From assembly GCA_964016885.1 (NCBI GenBank), contig OZ024744.1, positions 67,022,001 through 67,086,000 on the forward strand: a stretch of 64,000 bases of DNA. Reading direction: 5' to 3'. The notes beneath the pieces were generated by a model. The model searched no databases. It saw nothing but the letters and a program-made list of their open reading frames with translations, and was not told the origin of the DNA. This document shows, one piece after another, positions 16,800 to 30,469 of this stretch. Position 1 is the first letter of the stretch. Each line of letters starts with the position of its first letter. The position numbers and the translations under genes were made by a program. The DNA comes from Eledone cirrhosa. Its lineage: Eukaryota.

Positions 16800-18150
16800 T
16801 ACAGACAGTCTCCGATGATGGCGTTAGCCAAATACTCAAATTTAGTTGGCCTTAATACTAACTCATTTAGTCAGCCATTTTGTAATAGAGTTACTTTCGG
16901 GGAGATGTAACTGCTTAGTTATGGCTGTCCATTGAATCCGATGATACCCATTTCATTCATTTGGATGACTGTACATCTCAATACTTCATGTGCAGGTTCG
17001 GTTTCAGAGGCAATACACCTACTTATTTGATTATGTCGACTGTATACGATGTATATCTTGCATATGATTGGAGAGGATAGATGTAATTCTACATGCAACC
17101 TCTCCTGTTAGTCTTGAGTGTGTTTGATTTCCATATCTTCAATGCCACCCCTCCAATAGTGAGACCGCCAAAGGGGACGATAAGTATTAATATCTCCCAC
17201 CTCCTTGAAGTCTTCTATTGGTCTTTTAACTAGAGATGTGAGTGAGATATACCAAATTTATGTCTAGACCATTACCGTTGATGTCCGTATATTGCCGTTG
17301 TTTGCTCAACGGAGAGTTTCTGTGCGTGTCACCGGTGACTGACTGAAAGTGTCTACTGGAGTTAATGGGTACTAAAAGCTGCCAAGGCTTAATAAGTCGG
17401 CTGAATGCTGTCTCCGACTTGCACCTATAGAGGAGAGAAGCAACACAAACGGCATGGTAAAGAAGAAGCTTAGTATAGTGACTTAGACGTTGTTCAGAAA
17501 AGCACGCTTTCTGAGTTTTCCATAGAATGCAGAAGCTTCTCCGGGGTGATTTAAATTATCCTCGTTCAGTGTGTAGTCCTTGGACATGATGATACCAAGG
17601 CGTCTAAATTGGAGCGCTGTTGTTGTTGCAGGTAATATAGAGAAGATAAATTGAAAAGGGGTAAAGTGCGCTGTTGATAGATGACTTCAATTTTCTAAGC
17701 GTTAATTGTCAAGGCTTTATAAGCTGTAACGACGGCCGAGATGGCGGTCTGTGAGGCCGTCAGGGATCTAAGCTAATAGAGTACAGTCGTCAACGATTAA
17801 ACAGTACAGGAGCCAGCACACAGCCTTATGTCACTCGTATTTTTGTCCACCAATAACAGCTCTGACTACCATCCATGTGGGAGCTGATGGAAGAAATTCA
17901 TGAAATTGAGTGTGAAACTAAACTTTCCAAGAATATCTCATAGACATTTCTTGTTTACAGTGTCAAATTCCTTTGACGAACCCACAAATGCTATGAACTG
18001 GTTCCGATGTTACTCTCGGTATTTCTTCTGAAGCTGTTTTATAACAAACAACATGTCGACTGTACCTCGGTCTCTGCAGAATACACATCAGATTCTGGTG
18101 CGATGTTTTCTGATATTTTTTGGACAAGGTGTATAATATCCATGTTTAAG
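16800..18150 (-). pseudogene. Decayed RTE (BovB-like) RT and 3' end
   Basis: Minus strand RDRGTVDMLFVIKQLQKKYRE..FIAFV..KEFDTVN. Confidence 0.7.
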
Positions 18151-18339
18151 TGAATAGGTAGCTATTTTATTACCCTGTCATAATACTGGAGAAGCTGTTT
18201 GAGTCAGCTCCTTCCCGGACAAAAATCATGATGGGTATTGTTTTATACATTACATTTTGTAAGGTTCCTAGCAAGAACTAATTCTATTTATAAGTTGGTA
18301 CACAAAATTATCACATGATCCACTTGACAGGTACAATGT

Positions 18340-18540
18340 GTCCGAACACGGAAGAACCGGACTCCAACTATCATCGCCTTCATCTCTCTCGCCCTCCCCA
18401 TCTCTCTGAATTGTGAGCAAATGGGGTCCCACGTGCTGGCCGCCCCACAGCCCCTGCGGACAGAATGGAGAAGGCGTTTCGCCGCAGGATAGTAAGGAAA
18501 ATGCGCCGAAGGAGCCATTCCATCTCGCGATCGTAATCAG
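18340..18540 (-). mobile_element. 3' end of a CRE-like element
   Basis: REMEWLLRRIFLTILRRNAFSILSAG is homologous to the ORF end at 22065-22529; related ends at 29760-29930 (+) and 52800-52970 (-). Confidence 0.7.
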
Positions 18541-18904
18541 TTTCGCTCTCATAATTCATTCTATGACTTTGCTTGATATATGAGACCAGAGAGTAGTTTG
18601 TAACTTTTAGTATTGGCTTTGCTTTTTGTGGATAGGGAACATTATGCTTTCTTTTAAACATTGGAGAAAGGTGAGTTACCGCATTCGAGGAAGTTTTGGA
18701 AAAGTATCTGAATAGTTGTACCTTTGTAAGGCAGTGTATTACTTGTTCCATGAAAAGCATATTAGAACGATCAAGTAAAAATTTGCTAGTTTCTGTTCAT
18801 GTAATGACAAACCTGAGAGAAAGTGGCTTTCGGGCCATTTGAAATTAGGGATGTTAAACTCTCCTAAAAGAAGCATATAATGTGTGTATGTGTGTGCGTG
18901 TGTG

Positions 18905-18994
<90 letters not shown>

Positions 18995-19692
18995 TGTGTG
19001 TGTGTATGTGTGTGTATGCGTGTGTGTGTGTGCGTGGGTCTTGTTTGATTAATGATTTTATGATTATTTTCAAATTTACCATGTCGTAAATAGAACTACA
19101 TTGAGTTACTTCATATGTGTCATAAATCGAGTTTGCCTGTGACGACATGAATAAAAGTGTCACATCGTCATGGATGTATATGACAACTCCAATATGATTG
19201 CTTTCTTTCTGTACAGAATATCATATATATTGGCTTATGTATTTCCACATCCGCTATACTTATTTCGTTGTGTCCATTTTAATATACCACGTGTTCTACT
19301 ACCATTCGGATGTTTCGTTTGGTTTGTACCGATGATGCTCTGCAAGCCTTTAAGTTCATTCGGTGTGGGTTTTTTTTAGTTTCTGTTGGTTTTGTGAGGA
19401 ATAACTCCTCCATTTAGCATAACATCGACAGGATTTAGGGTGAGCAGAGTGTCAGTTTATACATTTGATTTAAATACCCAATAAAATTATATAGTGAAAA
19501 AAATGTTTAAGATTTACAGTTCGCACTAATTTTTGTATAATTAATTTCTGGATATTACCTTAAATTTAGATACAAATATATTTTGCCCTTCCTCCAATAT
19601 TCAACAAAATTTAATCTTTAATATGAATAAACCACATACTACATAACTTCAAATGAGAATACGTTCATTTGTATTTGACATTATTATAATGA

Positions 19693-19911
19693 TTTCTAGT
19701 ATAGGCACAAGGCCAGTAATTCTCTTTTTTGGGGGGGAGGGGGCGATTAAATCGACACCAATACATTACTGGTGCTTTATTTTATCGACCCCGTAAGGAT
19801 GAAAGACAAAGTTAACCTCGGCGTGATTTGAACTCAGACTGTAAAAGACCATAACTCTATGCTGCAAAGCATGGTGTCCAGCTCTCTACCGATATTGCTA
19901 ATCCACCACCC
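19693..19911 (-). mobile_element. SINE with 20-bp TSD
   Basis: atttgacattattataatga at 19673-19692 and 19915-19934. Confidence 0.9.
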
Positions 19912-21030
19912 TCCATTTGACATTATTATAATGAGACCTTTGTAAAATACCAGGTAAAATACAAGAAGCAATCCATTCTAATGTAACCAAGCGTAAAAAT
20001 AGACCACAAAATATCTTATCAATATGTTATATAACCCAGAACGAACACATCTTGCCGGAAACGTCTTAAATATTGTTTCATTTCATTTTCCAACAAATGA
20101 TACGTATCATACCATTTTAAGCAAAATTCGATTAAAATAATTTATTTTTTGTAAATCTTTTGAAACTTATGTAATCCTTTCAATTCCAAACGCCTTTATG
20201 ATAGCAAAAATATAATTAATATCTATAATTGCACGCCACCCTGCCCTCTCTACCAAAATTGCCTTCTTACCGATAGTTTCTATGTTTCAACTAGATAATA
20301 ACACTAAACCAATAACTTACACTAGATTGACCAAGAATTGCTTTAAAGTTCGCATTTACCAACAATGCCTTCCTAAGCACAACTGCTTAAAAGAAACAGG
20401 TTCGGCATTGTTTAAGGTTTAATAGTCATTTCTTGTTCATTCCTCTCCATGCGTACAATATAATTTTCATTCAAATTAATGCTGAAAACTTTTGCTTAAG
20501 AAAAAAAGATATTATTTCAAGACATTCATGTATTAAAATAATGGTCAGAAATGTTAGGCAATTGTTGGCGTGCTTTAAAGAATTTATGTTTTAATTGCGC
20601 ATTACAAAATAGGTAGAATATTCTAAATATCTCCATTTTCTAAGGATTATAAAAGATTTTAAGACGCAACAAAAACATTGAGTTACTTCTTTTATACAAT
20701 TGGATTTTTACATTCACGCAATTCTTTTACCAGTTCAGTCATTTGGTTTCATTCAACATTGAGTATAACCTACAAAGGTTTAGTTGATCATATCAACACT
20801 AGGACCTATTTCAGTTAAGTACTTATTTTATCATCTTTATTTGCTGAACCAAACCACTAGATTATGGGACACACAAATAATTACAATAGCATTTGTTCTT
20901 ATAAACGATGGGTTGCTAAATAGTTTTCACAGAGAACATTAAGTACAACAATTACATTGGATTTAAATCCAGGCGGTATCCTTCAACGAATAGACTAATC
21001 CAATCTTACAGAGATTATTTATTCATACGA

Positions 21031-21217
21031 GGGCGGTGAATTGGCAGTATCGGTAGAGGGTCGGACGCCATGCTTTGACGTATAGAGTTACGGCCCTTGC
21101 CATTCTGAGTTCAAATCCCGCCGAGGTTAACTTTGCCTTTCATCCTTACGGGGTCGATAAAATAAAGTACCAGTAATCTACTGGGTAATTGCTGGCCTTG
21201 TGCCAAAAGTAGAAACA
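21031..21217 (+). mobile_element. Full-length SINE with 17-bp TSD
   Basis: attatttattcatacga at 21014-21030 and 21218-21234. Confidence 0.92.
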
Positions 21218-21910
21218 ATTATTTATTCATACGAATTAAGAATATGAAGGTTAGAAAACTTAAAACGATTTAGAAGACAACAAAGTAAATTACAACAACA
21301 TTTCTAATCAGATCTTCATCTATTTAAACAAATCGACTACGAACTAGATAAAAACACTAACTATAAACTATGGTGGGTGCGCTAGATAGCTTTATATATT
21401 ACTAGAATTTGTTTCCATACGCTGACGCGTATATGTATATCTGTGTGCGTGTGTGTGTGTGCATATGCATACATTTATGTGTATGGATATATAGATATAA
21501 ACGTGCAGCCACAGACACACTTACAAAAATACACACTCACAGACATACATTCACACAAACGCACACACATACATACACTCACACACAGAGTAGTTTTTTT
21601 CATCATCCCTTTCTTCCCTTTTATACACACATACATTCACACAAGCAGCAGACGCAAAGAGAGAGAGGAGTAGTATGAGGTAGTCAAACTACTCCTCTCT
21701 CTCTTTATGTGTTGTGACAGAATCGTAGAAATTTATATATCGATACATGGCTAAGTGATCTCTAAAATTTACCCTAAAATTCCATATTTCTCACTGAAAG
21801 ACTGCAGACTTAATTACTAACAGAAAACCATGCTAATTAACCCGATCAAAACTGACACTGTGGAAAATCAATGAACAGATTCTTCATGAAATAACCCAAA
21901 GGTTACGGGG

Positions 21911-21941
<31 letters not shown>

Positions 21942-22019
21942 ACGTTAATTATTTTATTTTTCCAAATATAATCCATTAGTAGAGAAAAGCAATGAAGAAT
22001 GACATGATGCTGAATGAAA

Positions 22020-23445
22020 ACAAAAGCAATATATACAATACAAACACACAGACGCCGACCACAACTAAATATGGAATGATACGCGATGGGGCCCCACCAC
22101 AGGCCCGGCGGTTAGAATGGAGAAGGCGTTTCCCCGGAGGACGGCAAGGGAGACGCGCTGGAAAAGCCACTCCAACTCGCGGGGCTCACACCTGCGGCTG
22201 GCCAGCCCAGCGCCAATGGTGGTGAGTCGGGAGGTAGCCCTAGAGCCAAGGACACCAGAAGTCTCCACTGCCAAGGGTACAACCGCAAATCTGTCGGAGA
22301 GCGACCGGTATTTGAGGAGTTTGGCCTCTTCAGCCCGACGTGCAGCAGAACCCAGGTTAATCGCAGACTGCACCAGGTTGCAGCAGCAGAAAGAGTCGGT
22401 GCAGGTGGCATCCCAGACGAGAGGTTTACCACCGCGGAACGGGAAGATGGTCATGCCATCTGGTCTTTTGCCGTCCCCTCGGTCCAACCCCACCGGCTCA
22501 AGCTGGGAAGGGAAGCCTGCAGCGTCCAAGCCATGCTTTATGACCTCGTTGAGGGCAGCGACATTGGTGTGGCTCGCAGATCCGGAGGCCGAGCCTCAAG
22601 GAAACGCCAATGCGCAGGCCATTATTGTCTAGCTGCGTACCAGTGGAGGAGGGCAGGGCATGGAGCCAGGCCCCACTGTGGTGTTTGGAGGCCGCACGAA
22701 AACAGGTAAGGCGGTGCTGGTCGAGCTGGCGCCTGAGCCTGTCTGAGGCCAGGCTGCACTGGATGGCATTCCAAGTGCTTTGGGAGGACTTGACGTCAAT
22801 AGGTGAGAAGGAGGAGGAACGTATACTGGGCTGAGTCCCAGCCGGTCCCACGTCTCACAGGCGGCTTCACGTTCTCTGATCACAGAGGGTTCTATTGTGT
22901 TTTGAAGAACCCTGCTGACGAGGACGCGGCACGAGGTTACCGACGAAAGATACGCCAACAAAGCCAGTGAGATCGCGGACCGGAGGCCGAGGCCGCCATA
23001 CCTGACAGGTAAAGTGGTCTGTTGCCACCCAATAACGTCAAACTTGACGTTACATATCTCCTCGGCTGCTTCTCGGATACAAATATCGAAGTCAGCGAGG
23101 AGAGATGTGTGAGTGTAGCACGGAACGCTGCGAAAGGTAAAGAGGAGCTTCGGCATGACGAAGCAGATCCTCAACAGAAAGAGGGCTGGGTGGCCGTCGA
23201 TCAAGCCCAGTCGGCTCGTGAGCGTGTGGAGTTGTTTAAGCCTGAACCTGATGGTGGAGCGGATGGCCGGCGGGTGGATCGGTGACCCGAGGATGAAGAC
23301 ATCCTCTTTAGGGGTCACCTGTACCTGGTGGAGAATGGACCGCACGTCCAAGACGAGGGGCTGCAAAGCTCCCAGCATCGTGGCTGACGTTCACCCCCTC
23401 CAACTTAGCCGAGTTGACCTGGAGGCCGATTCTTCCCGGGACGTA
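22020..23445 (-). mobile_element. 5'-truncated CRE-like non-LTR retrotransposon (RT C-half plus restriction-like endonuclease), frameshifted
   Basis: GC-rich; LGSPI, QQTTLPVRYGGLGLRS, SGAWLHALP, GDGKRPDGMT..WDATCTD, VPLAVETSG, FQRVSLAVLRGNA. Confidence 0.85.
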
Positions 23446-23585
23446 TAACCGTTACCAATTTCAGAAAATACACGAATGATTTACTGGTTTAGTCAGATCC
23501 TTCTTATGAATAACAAAGTTTTACAATTTTATATTATAGGGTATTACTCTTCAATCACTCTCCGTATATTGAAATTGACACCAAA

Positions 23586-23663
<78 letters not shown>

Positions 23664-23880
23664 TCTCTCTCTCAAAACACACGCACCCTCCATACACACA
23701 CACGCATAATCACCCCACCCCCCACACACATATATATATTTTTTTTTTCACACATAGCAATAGAATTAATAAAAGTGTAAGAATTCATTAATATTTTAGT
23801 AAGATGCTACATCTATCCTCATAGAAACGATCGTAGAAATTAAAGATTGATTTTCTTTTTGCAATGATTATATATATATA

Positions 23881-24566
23881 CTAGCAGAATGGCCCGGCGT
23901 TGCTCGGGATTTGCTCTAGGGTTCTTATATATTTGATATATATTTATCCTTATCGAGCATCGTGAAATAAATACGTTTGTTTATAATTTGTTTTTGTGTA
24001 TGTAAAAATATGTCAGTGATGCATGTGATTATGTAATCGCCAGCCTTGTTTGTTTATATTTTGTTTTTGTGTATGCAAAAATATCTGTACACGAATATCT
24101 ATATTAAAATAACAGATTAAAGTTTAAGCAAAGAATCGCTGCTTTCAACCTTAACGGGATCTTCTGAAACTAAACAAATCAATCTGTGAACGCAGATGTA
24201 AATATTTCGAAAAACGTTGCAACCGAAGGAAAACAGGAAGACGTTCCCTGGCATAAGAATATATATATACACACACTATATATACATACTGATCGCGTCA
24301 TAATGACGTAATGCAGACGGATATTATAAAGGCGCGACGTTATATCTATGTATCTATCTAAAAAGAGAAAGACTAAGAGAGAGAGAAAGACATCGATAAA
24401 TCGCCTAGGGCATTGAAAATTTGAAATTTCTTTTGCTCAGAACACTAAAGAGGACCATAAGTATTACATGAATAAAGTTTAAAAACAATCGGTTGGATGG
24501 TTCTCGAGTTTTAGTGATTGTACAGACAGACAGACAAACAGACATTCTCTGTTTTAGTAATATAGA
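23881..24566 (-). mobile_element. Non-autonomous Helitron carrying PLE pLTR pieces
   Basis: Minus strand A|TCTATATT start; 3' hairpin cccgagcaacgccggg then CTAG|T; contains HHR family A at 24121-24171. Confidence 0.85.
24121..24171 (-). ncRNA. Variant hammerhead, family A
   Basis: AGUUU CAGAAGA uccc guuaa gguu GAAA GCAG cgauucu UUGC UU^ AAACU. Confidence 0.6.
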
Positions 24567-24589
24567 TATATATATATATATAATCATTA

Positions 24590-26167
24590 CAAAAAGAAAA
24601 TCAATTCTTTAAACTAATAGACAAGCACTTCCCTACACTACACAAATATCATAGACTCTTTAATAGAAAAACTTTAAAACTATCCTACTCTACTGCAGCC
24701 AACATAGAATCACACATACGTAAAATCAACCAAAAAATATCTCTAAAGAAATTAACCTACCAACATACACCATAGCACCAAATACAAAACGCAAACACAT
24801 AACAACATCACAACCACAAACACATCAGAGTGCATCACAACAAAACATTAATAGGCTTAAATCACAATCCACCCACAACAACTTACAAAACCGCAACGGA
24901 GAACTTACACACAGAAAAACCTCAAATTGTAATTGCCGCCTACCGGATAAGTGCCCACTACAAAATAGATGCATGGATTCAAGTATGGTGTACCTGTGTA
25001 CGGTGAATTCAGGCAACTCTACTTGGCACTACATAGGTTCCACGGCTGGGGAGTTCAAGAAAAGGTGGTACGTCCACAGACACGCCATGAAGAACCGTAG
25101 ACTGGAGAACTCTACGACGCTCGCCAATAAAATCTGGCAACTTAAAAACAAGAACCAAGAATATAATATTAGCTGGTCAAAATTATCAGTAGCAGAGGCC
25201 TACAGCAACGGAATGTCCCACTGCGGGCTTTGTAATTTAGAACTACTACATATTTTAAGATACGATGGGATGCTGTTTAACAGCAAAATAGAAAGGTCAA
25301 TTTTCTGTAGGCATAAAATAGCTACTAGATTCACAAACTTCAAACCACCATGATTTGAACCAGCAATCCCAAAATTAGAACTGAATCACCTAGATTTTAG
25401 CATACAGAAAATAACACCATCGCACTGCTATTAGCTATCAAACGGCCAACTGGTCACTGGATCATAAATCTCTGAACATCTCTTTCACCCTCTTTCCCTG
25501 AAACAGCATCAGCCCCATTAAGATAGAACAATCAGCAAAACATTTACAACAAGCGTTTGTCAAACCTCCCTTCACAATCCACCCCTAACCCTTAAATCTC
25601 ATACTTGTATCCCCCAATTAATCTCTAATTTATTGATTTTCCTTTTTCTTTTATCTGTCACTACGTCGGTCTCTCTACACGTATATATGTATATTTCGAA
25701 TTTGGTTTTTCATGTTAGCACTAAACCCACCACAGAATCCTTATAAGAACACTTATCACCACCACAAACATACTCTGTACTTACATGGTCTCACTTATCC
25801 TTATTTATTTATTTATATTTTCCATTTTCTTATTTTCTTACTTTTTTAAGGTACCTATCTTATCTTCTACTTTTTACTTTTTACTTTTTACATCTGTAAC
25901 TTCTCTACCTATTTACCATATATTTGTTATTATTGATGTTATTGTTTTGATTATACGCTACTCTTCTATATATGTCTTGCCTCGAGTGAATTATTTTTAT
26001 ATCTACGTACTCTGGTGTGTTGACCAGAGGTAAATAATGTAATGGAGATCGAGTGACGCAAATTCAAGCGATTAGCGAACTCTAAACTCACATGATCAAT
26101 GAAACAATTGCCAGTACTTATAATGAAGCCCCTTATTGTACAACCAACCATGTTACTCTTCATTCTT

Positions 26168-26172
<5 letters not shown>
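24590..26172 (+). mobile_element. 3' fragment of a PLE (family E): GIY-YIG end, UTR and pLTR
   Basis: KHFP..HKY..FNR.T.K.SYS, CNCR..CPL, VY..YIG..FKKR, CGLC..E, CRH (ORF 24973-25353); ends in (TA)n. Confidence 0.85.
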
Positions 26173-26244
<72 letters not shown>

Positions 26245-26250
<6 letters not shown>

Positions 26251-27254
26251 TAAAATAACAGATTAAAGTTTAAGCAAAGAATCGCTGCTTTCACCCTTAA
26301 CGGGATCTTCTGAAACAAACAAAGTCAATCTCTGAACGCTGAAGTGATATTTCAAAAAACAATTACACGCAAAGACAAAACCACGTTTACGGTATGAAAG
26401 AAGTCGTAGACTAATATTCTATTAGATGGTTCATAGAGACATTCTCTGGCAATGAACGGAAAAATTAAGATAATACGTCATATGTGGAGCGGGAAGAACA
26501 ATTGTACGCAAAGACAAAACCACGTTTATAGTATAACTGAAGTCGTAGACTAAAATTCTAACTAGGAAACCGAATGATACTCGGCTTCAGAGTTAAGAAT
26601 AAAGTAAATAAAATACAGAGGTAATTGAAATTAAATAAATACATACACGCATCCATATACGTACATACACAAGCATACGCGAAAACACTCGCCATTTGTA
26701 TACCTATGGTATTAACTCTGAAGCCGAGAATCATTCGGTTTCCTAGTTAGAATTTTAGTCTACGACTTCAGTTATACTATAAACGTGGTTTTGTCTTTGC
26801 GTGCAATTGTTCTCCCCGCTCCACATATGACGTATTATCTTCATTTTTCCGTTCATTGCCAGAGAATGTTTCTATGAACCACCTAACAGAATATTAGTCT
26901 ACGACTTCTTTTATACCATAAACGTGGTTTTGTCTTTGCGCGTAATTGTTTTTCACCGCTCCAAATAATGACGTATTATATTCGTTTTTTCCCGTTCATT
27001 GCCAGGGAACGTTTCCACGAACCAAAGTATCGTCTTCCTGTCTTCCTCCGGTTGCAACGTTTTTTTACTTCTGCGTTGACAGATTGACTTTGTTAGTTTC
27101 AGAAGATCCCGTTAAGGGTGATACAGCGATTCTTTGCTTAAACTTTAATATGTTATTTTAATAAATATTTGTTCTACGGTTCTTATATATTTGATATATA
27201 TTTATCCTTATCGAGCTCTCTTTGGATTTTAGTCTTCAAATTTATTATTATTAC

Positions 27255-27260
<6 letters not shown>
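26245..27260. mobile_element. Fold-back pair of family A pLTRs without an ORF
   Basis: 26245-26615 is inverted to 26710-27165; HHR A at 26267-26317 (-) and 27095-27144 (+, GAAA mutated); (TA)n flanks. Confidence 0.85.
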
Positions 27261-27341
<81 letters not shown>

Positions 27342-27342
<1 letters not shown>

Positions 27343-27892
27343 TATGTATAGTATATTTGGCAATATACCGTATGTTTAATGTAAAACATTTTGAAGTCCA
27401 TACGCTATCAGATTTAAAGTAGTCACTACGTCACACTTCTTTTCGGCGAAAGAAGGGAGAGAAGCTGACAGTCTGTTCCACGCTGGCTGGCGTTCATCAG
27501 AGCCACGTACTCCCCTACTTTCGCCGAAAATTATTGAAGGTGGATTCTTATAAAATTCCAGTAATAATACAGAGTGATTGCAGGTCCAGAAAATATTAGG
27601 TATTTGGTTTGGTGCTCTGAAATACATGAATAAATGTATAGTATATTTGGTATAATCAGCTGTATAATCAGCTCCTGAATATTACTGGAATTCTATAAGA
27701 ATCCAGCTTCTATAATTTTCGGCGAAAGCAGGGGATGAACGCCAACCAGCGTGAAACAGACTGTTAGCTTCTCTCCCTTCTTTCGCCGAAAAGAAGTAAA
27801 TGACATAGTCACTACTTTAAAACTGATAGCGTATGGTCTTCTAAATATTTTTAATTAAACATACGGTATATTGCCAAATATATTATACATAC
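27342..27892. mobile_element. Fold-back pLTR-like element (family G)
   Basis: Arms 27342-27570 and 27672-27892 are inverted; each carries part of an HHR. Confidence 0.75.
27463..27504 (-). ncRNA. Hammerhead, family G
   Basis: GGCU CUGAUGA ACGC cagcca GCGU GGAA CAGACUG UC^ AGCU; the mirror arm (27734-27770) keeps GAAA but has lost CUG. Confidence 0.6.
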
Positions 27893-28639
27893 ATTCCTGT
27901 ATACATCGCTATATATACTTAGTGTAGGTGATGGTGATAGTACCAAAACAAGTACTCTATGCACAGGTAGTGTGTATATATTTTTTATCGCATCACCAGT
28001 CTGATAATGGTGTCGGGTCCATAACTCATATGGGTGGCCTTGAGCGAATCCTCTGCGAAACGCGCGTAACAGGTTTATACTAATTACAAATCTAAATACA
28101 TGTAAACGGAACTTCATCGTTTATATATATATATATAAGGAAAAGATTGAACAATCGGCGGCGGTTGTCAAACTGATCTCAGGCTGTATTGTGATGTGTG
28201 AGTCTATATATAAGAGATTTGGGTGTGTCGGGGGAGGGGGGAATTGTTAATGAGTGTGGGAGTGAAGAAGTGTTGATGAAAATTTAAAGCAGGCATGGGC
28301 AACCTTTTTCGCTAAGCGGGTCGCATGAGATATGGTTCATCATTAGGCGGGCCGCAAGCGCTAAATTACATTCGTGCCCACATTCAAGAAAAGGGTGGTA
28401 AGGTTGTTTTGATTTGTTTCTTCAGAATTCGTACACATTGTTTTCCTCGATCGTAAAAATAATAGAAAGATAAATTATGACTGAAAAGTTGGGATAAAAA
28501 AATCAGAAAAAGTGATTAGGCGAGCCACTCAAAAAATGTCTCTTAATTTTCTGATGGTAAACAGCAGTGCGAAGACCAAGGACACGTGAGGTCTCAACGA
28601 CAACAGACACAAAAAAAAGAAGTGGTTATTCAAAATATA

Positions 28640-28990
28640 GTTACCCAGACACAAACTAGAATTTTATTCATAGAGCGTCACTCTAAGTAGAGCCACTACT
28701 TCTCCGAATTGAGAGATCACAACTCTGATATTATAGGCATGTGGTTAGAATGTCTCATGAAAGAATCACTGCACAGATTTTACGGGCAAAATCAACCGGT
28801 AAGAGACCCACGGGTAGACCCCGAGCAAGATGGTTAAATAACATCCATGAGCTTGGTTGGTCACGCTTGGGGATCCTGCCGGATCAGTTGGAAACAGTTA
28901 CTTCTGACAGGACCCACAGGAAGGAATGTCTGAGGACTCTGCGTCCACGTCCCTCTCAGGAATAAGTGGCCGAAGAAAAGAAGAAGCGTA
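28640..28990 (+). mobile_element. RTE LINE 3' fragment
   Basis: EPLLLRIERSQL..HVVRM..GKRPTGRPRARW; (GAA)-rich tail. Confidence 0.8.
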
Positions 28991-29326
28991 AGAACTCAGG
29001 TTGTACTGACTCCACCAGAAACATTTACTAAACATTGACATCTTTATTTACTATGACAATTATCTACATTTTATTCATGCAACACCTTTGCATCTGTTTT
29101 GTTTTATTTTTGTCAAGTCATGTTTTTTTTTAACATCTTAATTGTCTTAACACCTCAACGTTCACTATGTTCTCAAGTTTTGTTTAGTTACTTTTACGTA
29201 GTTATTTTTATTTATTTGCTTTCTGTTGTAGCTGCGTTTTACACAATGTTGCTGTTCTATAAACTCTGAGCTTTCTATATTCTCCAGAATACGCCAAAAT
29301 GATAATAACGCACCATATTATCTTAA

Positions 29327-29480
29327 CAGTGGATTGGCAGTATCGGTAGAGGGTCGGACGCCATGCTGAATTTAAATCCCGCCTAGGTTAACTTTGCCTT
29401 TCATCCTAACGGGGGTCGATAAAATAAAGTACCAGTAATGCACTGGGATAATTGCTGGCTTTGTGCCAAAAGTAGAAACA
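29327..29480 (+). mobile_element. SINE with internal deletion
   Basis: TSD attatcttaaca at 29317-29328 and 29481-29492. Confidence 0.85.
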
Positions 29481-30383
29481 ATTATCTTAACATTAATTTA
29501 CAGTAGTGTCCGTTTTCTGAACTTTCCATTTGTTTAGACCTGCCAACATCTAAAGATCCAAATAGGGAGTACAATGAAAAAAGGGGCCCCAAAATGGGAA
29601 GAAACGAGGCAAAATGGGGAGATACATGATGAAAGTTATACCCATTTTTACAAGAGAAAACATTTCTCACCCACCCCAGAGTGGGTGGGAGATCTCCCTG
29701 TCTGACGGGGATTGTTGACAGGTCTGAAGTTTTTAGAAAACCCACATGTTTAAACTGCCCCTCTCATTCTCTCTTATCATCCTCCGGGAAAACGTCTTCT
29801 CCATTCTGTCCACCGGCGCTGTGGGGAGGCCGGTGCGTGGGACCCCATTTTCTCGCCATAGGGAAAGATGGGGAGGGCGGGAGAGATGGTGGCGATGGCA
29901 GTGAGAGTTCGGCTCTTCCACGTTCGGACCATATCCTTGTGGTTGTGTTCATTAAGCAGTTAATGAGTCTGTTTATGTATAGACACAATAGTGCACATTA
30001 CTGGCAACATTCATAAACACCTCTTGTTTATGTTTCTAATTCATCGTGTCCACAGAGCCAATTCTCGTGATTATTCTTAGTCGCACTCTATATTCAATTT
30101 ATCAATCTTATTTATTTATTGGTTTAAAAATCTTACCTGCAGTCATAAACATTCTTAAAATAACGATTCTATCTAATGAATTAATTGCTAAATTTATTTC
30201 AAAAGCTTGCACTGATCGAAACATGTGGCCATCTGTATTCAAATCACATTTATTATAATGTCAAATATAAAATTATCTTTCACGATGTCAACCACTGTCT
30301 TGAGTTCTTTAATTGAAAGTGGTTTTTCCCGTTCATAACTAACTTTCAATATATATATACATATACACACACATACATCCCTT

Positions 30384-30420
<37 letters not shown>
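29372..30420 (+). repeat. ~1-kb segment duplicated in inverted orientation at 52326-53362
   Basis: Near-identical translated ORFs 29482-29745 (-) / 52988-53251 (+) and 30046-30258 (+) / 52487-52690 (-). Confidence 0.9.
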
Positions 30421-30423
<3 letters not shown>

Positions 30424-30469
30424 GAACCGAATACTAATATAAGGACCCCTAGGAACTATAGAAGCTCCA

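Noticed and set aside
16808-16840. ccgatgatggcgttagccaaat as a hammerhead
   Set aside because: No GAAA or stem I; it lies antisense at the RTE 3' tail.
19080-20400. Possible host exons in non-repetitive-looking DNA
   Set aside because: Only faint APE-endonuclease-like words with many stops; probably ancient LINE debris, too weak to annotate.
21031-21130. tRNA genes
   Set aside because: The A and B boxes belong to SINE heads with TSDs; no complete cloverleaf.
21676-21684. let-7-like tgaggtagt
   Set aside because: Only 9 nt match and they lie in the hairpin loop, not on an arm.
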